Shown here in pieces: positions 27,954 through 33,637 of a DNA stretch of 33,637 nucleotides (its first letter is position 1; each line of letters starts with the position of its first letter). This DNA comes from a virus. Its lineage: Duplodnaviria; Caudoviricetes. Where the stretch lies: positions 1 through 33,637 of IMG/VR virus record IMGVR_UViG_3300025528_000021, one strand, 5' to 3'. A program made the position numbers and the translations under genes. A model generated the notes under the pieces. That model was not told where the DNA came from, searched no databases, and saw nothing but the letters and a program-made list of their open reading frames with translations.

Positions 27954-29027
27954 TCAAACAGTCTTCGTCGGCGACGGATCGCCCGCGTCGAGAATGGCCG
28001 AGCCGTTGCGCTTGATCGCGCCACCGGCATCCATGTTGGAGTCACCGCCGATGCGCTGATTGCTGTTGCCCTTGATCTCAACAGTGGACTGGCTTTCGCT
28101 CGCCATTGTGTGGTTGCCACCACGTCCGTGAATGGCACCGACACCGTGCGTGATGATCGAGTGATCGGCGTGGAGATTGATGTTCTCCTCCGCTCGGATT
28201 GAGATCGAGCGCTTGGAATAAAGGTCGATCCCCTCGTCGCTGATCTCCATCCAGGAATTGCCCTCCTTGGAGATCATGTAGATGTAGCCAGTCGTCTCGT
28301 GGATCAGGATTTGCACGCCAGAGCGTGTCCTGAATCGGATGAACTCGTTCTCCTCGTTGTCGTCGATGTGGATAGTGTTGCCGCGAGGCGTGAGGAAACC
28401 GAACACCTTCGACGGGCTCTCCCGCCTCGCCCCGGTCGTTGCCGGGCCGCGCTCAGGATCGGTATAGAGACCCTGCACGGAAAGGCCGTTGTGGAGCGGT
28501 TCGAACACAGGCCGCCTGGGCTCCCAGATCGACTGGCTCTCGTCCTTGCGGTTGAATTCGACGACCGGAGGCAGGTTCTTCTCGTTGATCTCGTCATCCG
28601 TCGAGATGTTGATCCCTATCGCAGGGACCATGTGGTTCATGAAAGGCTGGTATAGGCAGGCGAACCAATAGCCTCTTGCTGTGTCGCCGTTGGCGAAGCA
28701 GACCAGAACCTCGTTGTTGATGTCCGGGGGGATGGCCCACCAGCCGTATGAACGCTGGCTGCCGTACATCTTGTCCTTTCCCTCTCCGCTCGCGATGTTC
28801 TCCTCGATGTTGGTCGCTCCGGCGAACGGCGACGCGTACTGGACGACGTACCAGCTGTCGGGGTCATCGGGATCGCCACCGAATTCCGGGATATAGACGG
28901 ACAACCGCCCGTTCCTCTGCGGGTCTTGGTTTCCTTTGACAATGCCGACGTAGATGCCGTGTCGGCGGACGTTGCCGTTGGTGGATTCTGTGCGGACCTT
29001 GTCTGACGTGCGATTGATATTGATCAT
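27954..29027 (-). CDS. baseplate central spike, gp5/VgrG OB-fold with short beta-helix
   Basis: GIVKGNQDPQRNGRLSVYIP...PPDINNEVLVCFANGD; C-terminal beta-repeat region; no lysozyme domain. Confidence 0.85.
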   Translation of the reverse strand: MININRTSDKVRTESTNGNVRRHGIYVGIVKGNQDPQRNGRLSVYIPEFGGDPDDPDSWYVVQYASPFAGATNIEENIASGEGKDKMYGSQRSYGWWAIPPDINNEVLVCFANGDTARGYWFACLYQPFMNHMVPAIGINISTDDEINEKNLPPVVEFNRKDESQSIWEPRRPVFEPLHNGLSVQGLYTDPERGPATTGARRESPSKVFGFLTPRGNTIHIDDNEENEFIRFRTRSGVQILIHETTGYIYMISKEGNSWMEISDEGIDLYSKRSISIRAEENINLHADHSIITHGVGAIHGRGGNHTMASESQSTVEIKGNSNQRIGGDSNMDAGGAIKRNGSAILDAGDPSPTKTV

Positions 29028-29066
29028 CGAAAAACACCAAAGAAAATGTCAGGAAAACTCGATTTG

Positions 29067-31085
29067 TTACGCGTACGCTCGACCCACGAGGTCGGGAATG
29101 AGCGTCGCGACTTCCCTCGGGTAAGGCTTGGCCAGGCGTTGCGCGGTGATCGTCTGCTGGAACCGTCCTTCCGAGAACGAGTGCGTGATCTTCGTCGCCC
29201 GGTAGATGCCGTTGTAGACATCCTGGTTGCGGAACGTGGGCGTTCCGCTGTTGCCATCAAAGCCGTAGGGCATCTTGAAGCTCAGGACGAAGCAAGTGTC
29301 GCCGATCCCAAACTGTGGCGCCGAGCCATCTCCCTGCTGCGGAGCAAAGAAATCCTCGTAGCGTCCGCCCAACCAGAACGGATCGCCGCGCACAACGAGG
29401 TCGATCTGGTTGAATGTTGTGGGCGAGAAAATCTGGTCAAGCATTGCGCCGTATACAGACCGGCCGATGGAACCGCGCTGCCCCATTAAACCTGTACCGT
29501 AGGCGTTGCGCGAGCTGTCGGCAGTCTGGGCGATAGAAATGACGTTGTACATGCCGTCCTTGTCCGCAGCCTCAAGGATGCTTTCTGCATATTGGCTGGA
29601 CGAGGAAACGGCCGATGCGGGTACCGCCATTCGCGCAGCATTCATTCCCGCCACCTGTTCCTGCTTGTAGGCCTGGTATTTCTCGACGCCCTCCCTGTCG
29701 TAGCGAGCGTGGTGGCGGACGTTCTCGTCCGAGTGCATCCAGCCATGGAGACGCGGAAGCGTCGCCTGCCAGTCGAACGAGAAATTGGCACGGAAATCGA
29801 TCACTTCCGTGTTCTGACCGGTGTAGATGTATTCGTAGCGCTTGCGGGTGCGGGGCAAGATAGCGTCGAGCGCCATTTGGCTCGTCTCGCCTGACGTTTC
29901 CTTTGAGTTGATGGTCGTCGCCTGCGTCCGGTAGGGGACGACGTGGTAGATGATCTGTCGCTTGTAGCTACCGAAGTCATCCACGTAGTCGCCGATCCGA
30001 ACCTCCGGGATGGCGCGATAGAAGACAGTGTCCCGAAATCCGCCCTTGGGAAGCTGGTTCGGGTCCATACCCTCCTTGCCGTGGATGGCGAGGCTCTGGC
30101 CTTCCTTAGTGGCTCCGATGACATGGGTGACCAGGTGGTTGATCTTGGCACCGATGGTCGGGTTGGCGCCAAACTTGTCGCGCTCCTCCTCCACCATTGA
30201 GCGGGACTGGTACGAGTCCTTCTCGGCGCTGTTCGGGTCGAGAAGCCTGAACTTTCCTGCGCTAGGTCCCTCTGGAGTTTGAGGAAAGTCGAAGGCAAAC
30301 GTCACCAGATCGGTCTTGTAGTTGCTCTGGACCCTCTTGTTCATTTGTTCTGCGAGCTTTTGGAAGAACTCCTCGACGGTGTCCGCCTTGATATGGACGG
30401 CGTCAGAGAGGCTCAGCCACTCATCGTAGAGGGCGGTATCGTGGAACATGATGCCGGTGACGTTGTAGACGGCACCGGACGTATCGAGGGACACATCGAC
30501 TTTGCTGACGTTGATCATCCATTCCCAGCGTCCGCCATTCGGCAGGCCATCCGAGATGGGGTTGATGATCCGGCCGTTTTCTTCGTAGCCGAGGAAGTTC
30601 AGCTGTAGATAGTAGGGCGATTTCTGCCAGTTTCTCACCCCTGCCGCCTGTGCGGCTGCGAACATGCCGTCGAGGAAGGACGTGCCCACCGGCTCGACGA
30701 TGGTCAGATGGAAGGTGGTCGTCTGGGTGTTCATCGTGTCGTGGTTCGGCGCCACGAGGGACTCAATGGTGACTTCCCGAATGTTGATGCCGGTGACGCC
30801 GCTCTCTGCGATGACGATCTCTCGACCGCCTCCCTGCTTGTCTCCCCGGCAGAGAAGGCGGAAGTGGTAGGCCACCTGGTCGTAGCGGTTAAGGGGATTG
30901 GGCACGAACTGGCCGTCACTGAAGGAGCCACCTGCTCCCATAACCGACTGATAGGCAAACTGACGACCGGTCAGAACGTTTGTCAGGTTACCGTCGATCT
31001 GACCGAGAGAAGGTGACAGAAGAGACGATCCGCTTGGGGAATTTTGCGACGAGGGGAGACCGAAATACTTATCGTTGATCGCCAT
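29067..31085 (-). CDS. putative baseplate hub protein (gp27-like)
   Basis: C-terminal VRGDPFWL...GIYRATKITHSFSEGRFQQTI motif; lies between gp53-like and gp5-like genes. Confidence 0.65.
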   Translation of the reverse strand: MAINDKYFGLPSSQNSPSGSSLLSPSLGQIDGNLTNVLTGRQFAYQSVMGAGGSFSDGQFVPNPLNRYDQVAYHFRLLCRGDKQGGGREIVIAESGVTGINIREVTIESLVAPNHDTMNTQTTTFHLTIVEPVGTSFLDGMFAAAQAAGVRNWQKSPYYLQLNFLGYEENGRIINPISDGLPNGGRWEWMINVSKVDVSLDTSGAVYNVTGIMFHDTALYDEWLSLSDAVHIKADTVEEFFQKLAEQMNKRVQSNYKTDLVTFAFDFPQTPEGPSAGKFRLLDPNSAEKDSYQSRSMVEEERDKFGANPTIGAKINHLVTHVIGATKEGQSLAIHGKEGMDPNQLPKGGFRDTVFYRAIPEVRIGDYVDDFGSYKRQIIYHVVPYRTQATTINSKETSGETSQMALDAILPRTRKRYEYIYTGQNTEVIDFRANFSFDWQATLPRLHGWMHSDENVRHHARYDREGVEKYQAYKQEQVAGMNAARMAVPASAVSSSSQYAESILEAADKDGMYNVISIAQTADSSRNAYGTGLMGQRGSIGRSVYGAMLDQIFSPTTFNQIDLVVRGDPFWLGGRYEDFFAPQQGDGSAPQFGIGDTCFVLSFKMPYGFDGNSGTPTFRNQDVYNGIYRATKITHSFSEGRFQQTITAQRLAKPYPREVATLIPDLVGRAYA

Positions 31086-31088
31086 ACC

Positions 31089-31394
31089 TTATCCAAAAAT
31101 CGTGCGAAGAGTATCGATTGAAGGAACCATAATTTTCATTCCAGCCTTCAGGTCCCAGATCGGGTCCCGGATGAGATTCATGTTTCTCAGCATGAAGACC
31201 CAGTAATACTCAGGCGTGCCATAAAGGTCGTAGCTGAGCCTGTCCGGGCGGTGCTCGAACTGCGGCTGCACGATGATCTCGGTGTCGCCCGGCATCGGTG
31301 AGATGGACCTGTGCTCATATCGGCCGATGCGCCAGCTGAGCTGGGGCGTAGCAGCGTAGGGGGACGTGGTCGGGTAGTTGATCTTCGCCATCAA
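31089..31394 (-). CDS. baseplate wedge protein, gp53/LysM-like
   Basis: EHRPDRLSYDLYGTPEYYWVFMLRN...LKAGMKIMVP motif. Confidence 0.8.
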   Translation of the reverse strand: MMAKINYPTTSPYAATPQLSWRIGRYEHRSISPMPGDTEIIVQPQFEHRPDRLSYDLYGTPEYYWVFMLRNMNLIRDPIWDLKAGMKIMVPSIDTLRTIFG

Positions 31395-32161
31395 AAGAAT
31401 CCTCCTCTCGCGAGCAGAGCGCCGCTGCGGTAGTCACTCAGTGAGAATTCCTCCCGCATGGCGCGGGGTGTGTTCTGGGTGACGAGCACCACTTGCAGAG
31501 AGAAAAGCGCGGGCAGGACGACGTAGCCGTCGGTCAGCTCCACCCTCACCAGGTCCGTATTATCGTCGAACTGAATGGAGACGTTGCGCAGGATGACCCG
31601 CGTATTGTTGAACATGTAGTTCCCGTAGCCATTGAGCAGCAGGATCGGTGGAGGTAGACCAGCGTTCTGGTCGTTCATACCGAAGTGCATCTTTGAATTG
31701 CTGCGCATGAAGTGATACGCGGCAAAAGAATACCGACCCTCGTACTGGTTCTGGACGGTGAACCGAGCGGAAATGTTGATGGAAACATTCTGCGATCGGG
31801 TAAATGAATAGTAGTCGGTATTCGAATGCGTCATCGACATACTGGTGTAGTCTACATCGTGCGAGAGAGAAATGGTCGGCGTATACGGGAAAAGAACGCC
31901 GCCTGTACTCGCTAGTGGTGCGAGGACGCCGGTGTAGCCACCGCCCGTATAGCCTGGAAGGAAAGACAGTCTGAGGCGGAAATCCGAGGTGCTGCCGCCG
32001 GACAGGGAGGCCGAAACTGGCACGGCCGTGACATCCGTCTGGGTCGTCGATACGGCCGCAACGGTGGTTCCCGTCGCCTCGACAAGGTCCTCCGAGGCCC
32101 TTCCGGGCGTGGACAGCTCATTCACAAGGGTCTGGTACTCGAATGGATCAGCCGTTGCCAT
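31391..32161 (-). CDS. putative tail-tube initiator/baseplate protein
   Basis: LFPYTPTI...PPPILLLNGYG.YMF...V motifs and synteny ahead of gp53-like gene. ATG 32161 has an AGGT RBS. Confidence 0.6.
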   Translation of the reverse strand: MATADPFEYQTLVNELSTPGRASEDLVEATGTTVAAVSTTQTDVTAVPVSASLSGGSTSDFRLRLSFLPGYTGGGYTGVLAPLASTGGVLFPYTPTISLSHDVDYTSMSMTHSNTDYYSFTRSQNVSINISARFTVQNQYEGRYSFAAYHFMRSNSKMHFGMNDQNAGLPPPILLLNGYGNYMFNNTRVILRNVSIQFDDNTDLVRVELTDGYVVLPALFSLQVVLVTQNTPRAMREEFSLSDYRSGALLARGGFF

Positions 32162-32193
32162 GCAATACCTACGGGGCAAGAAACTACTGACAT

Positions 32194-32199
32194 TATTTA
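32194..32199 (-). promoter_or_regulatory. late-promoter-like TAAATA
   Basis: TTAAATAA on the - strand ~32 nt upstream of ATG 32161. Confidence 0.5.
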
Positions 32200-32280
32200 A
32201 GAAGTAATTATATACCTAGATAATGAAAACACTTGAATAAGATATATGATATTGGTAAGATTGAATATCTTCTCTGTTAG

Positions 32281-33102
32281 ATGGATATGTCAACAAAGAC
32301 CAAGTTCATTACCAATAAAGAGCTTCTCCGAGAGATTCACATCAGCAAGGCGTCCTATTGCTACTTCGAGGACGACAGGTACATCGATTACGACGTGATC
32401 GTGCATGACCTTTCCGAGATCACGGACGATCTGATCCAGTCCACGATAGAAAAGAAGCGAAGGAAGCTCGCAAAGGAGACGGGTGAGGATTGCGACATTA
32501 CCACTCACGATCTCGTCTTCAGGCTGATGACACACGAGCACATCCCGGTTGATCCGTCTCGCAAGCGCAAGGCCCGCAGCACCGAGGTGGCCCATGCTTG
32601 GACGAACTTCCCGCCCTTCAAGCACTACGTTCTGCGCAATGGCGTTCCGGTGGAAGTTGGTCGCTCGCACTGGAAGGGCGATCTGGAAACGGGTGAGTTT
32701 TGCGTCCACGGCGGCCGCGCCACCAATCGTCTGGCCACGATGTGGATGATGATGGTCGAGCGCTATTCGACCCAGTTCAACTGGCGGGGCTACTCCTATC
32801 GCGACGAAATGTGCGCCCAGGCTCTTCTTCAGCTCTCCCTCGGAGGATTGCAGTTTGACGAAAGTCGGGGGGACAACCCCTTTTCCTTCTACACGACCAC
32901 CATCAAGCACTGCTTCACGCGCATCCTGAACGTCGAAAAGCGCAATCAGCGCATTCGCGACGAGCTTCTGATTATGTCCGGCGCGACCCCGTCGCATACC
33001 CGTCAGCTCGAAAATGAATTCGAGCAGAGGACTATCCTTACCGATCAAGCGAATACGGTGAAGAGAAAAAGAAAAAACAGAAAGGAATGCAGCGAAGCAT
33101 GA
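32281..33102 (+). CDS. late-transcription sigma factor, T4 gp55-like
   Basis: FITNKELL...FNWRGYSYRDEM...FDESRGDNPFSFYT...FTRILNVEK resembles gp55. Start could be 32287. Confidence 0.85.
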   Translation: MDMSTKTKFITNKELLREIHISKASYCYFEDDRYIDYDVIVHDLSEITDDLIQSTIEKKRRKLAKETGEDCDITTHDLVFRLMTHEHIPVDPSRKRKARSTEVAHAWTNFPPFKHYVLRNGVPVEVGRSHWKGDLETGEFCVHGGRATNRLATMWMMMVERYSTQFNWRGYSYRDEMCAQALLQLSLGGLQFDESRGDNPFSFYTTTIKHCFTRILNVEKRNQRIRDELLIMSGATPSHTRQLENEFEQRTILTDQANTVKRKRKNRKECSEA

Positions 33103-33136
33103 AACAAGAGCGCCATTTCGGCGCTCGTTTCATTTT
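33102..33136 (+). terminator. intrinsic terminator
   Basis: GAGCGCC-ATTTC-GGCGCTC (33108-33126) followed by GTTTCATTTT. Confidence 0.65.
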
Positions 33137-33197
33137 AAATTGAAACCCGGTATTGTGAAAGCATATTATAAAATCATTTATTGTTTCATTTGTCACG

Positions 33198-33637
33198 ATG
33201 GAGTACTACGAAGAAGGAAGAGCTATTATCGCCGAACTGATCGAACGGGGAGGCGGAACTAAAACCAAGTTTATCGAGACCACAGGCCAGATCATCCGGG
33301 ACACTCTGGATTATGTGATCGACGGCGAAGCAAGCCTCGACGATCTGGAAGGCTGCGAGAAAACGGTCTTCGGGACGAAGTTCGAGAAACGCTTCGTCCG
33401 CGCCATGGGGCTTCCGCGAAAAATCTCCAAGCGCGTCAACCCGCACAACTTGACGATGGATACGCGCGTGGCCGGGTACGACCTGGACATCAAGTGCACA
33501 CTCGGCTCCACGTGGATGATCCCTCGCGAGGCCATCGGCAACTGGTGCTTCCTTGTGCAGGTCGATTACAAGGCCTCCGACTTCTCGCTTGGCCTCTTCA
33601 AGGCCCTGCCGGAGAACCTCACGGAAGGGGAGAACCG
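33198..33637 (+). CDS. NaeI-family type II restriction endonuclease (partial, runs off window end)
   Basis: Not in the ORF track. Translation contains IRDTLDYVIDG...EKTVFGTKFE...MDTRVAGYDLDIK...WMIPREAIG..C...GENR, collinear with NaeI motifs as I recall them (LRDTLD..YDG, EKT..GT..E, D..IAG..VDCK, WMLP.E.IG, NRD). Confidence 0.8.
   Translation, partial: MEYYEEGRAIIAELIERGGGTKTKFIETTGQIIRDTLDYVIDGEASLDDLEGCEKTVFGTKFEKRFVRAMGLPRKISKRVNPHNLTMDTRVAGYDLDIKCTLGSTWMIPREAIGNWCFLVQVDYKASDFSLGLFKALPENLTEGEN

Noticed and set aside
27927-27956. Readthrough fusion of the gp5-like gene and the M23-lysozyme gene (same frame)
   Set aside because: Two in-frame TGA codons intervene and the downstream gene has its own GAGG RBS.
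1263-32161. Extracellular contractile injection system, T6SS or tailocin
   Set aside because: The gp55-like sigma, TAAATA promoters and giant baseplate proteins point to a large phage.
32197-32211. Second CtrA-like box TTAA-N7-TTAT before the sigma gene
   Set aside because: Mismatched and in very AT-rich DNA, so a chance match is likely.

Overview
The window is part of a large, GC-rich, distantly T4-related (jumbo-type) myophage, probably of an alphaproteobacterial host. The + strand late operon (1263-23707) encodes gp25- and gp6-like baseplate proteins, a 3705-aa virion protein, three paralogous tail-fibre-type proteins, a fibre chaperone and a 7xFN3 protein. It converges on a - strand operon (26574-32161) encoding a putative tube initiator, gp53-like, hub and gp5-like spike proteins, and an M23+lysozyme enzyme. 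A gp55-like late sigma factor and a truncated NaeI-family endonuclease follow. The most striking element lies between the two operons: a ~2.85-kb cassette with a ParA ATPase translationally coupled to a non-ParB partner. It is bracketed by two oppositely oriented arrays (19 copies) of a parS-like palindrome TTCAC-RY-GTGAA, with a perfect CtrA box upstream of parA. This is a candidate cell-cycle-coupled, non-canonical partition system. The NaeI site GCCGGC appears absent from the whole window by manual scan. All family assignments come from motif recognition, not database searches.
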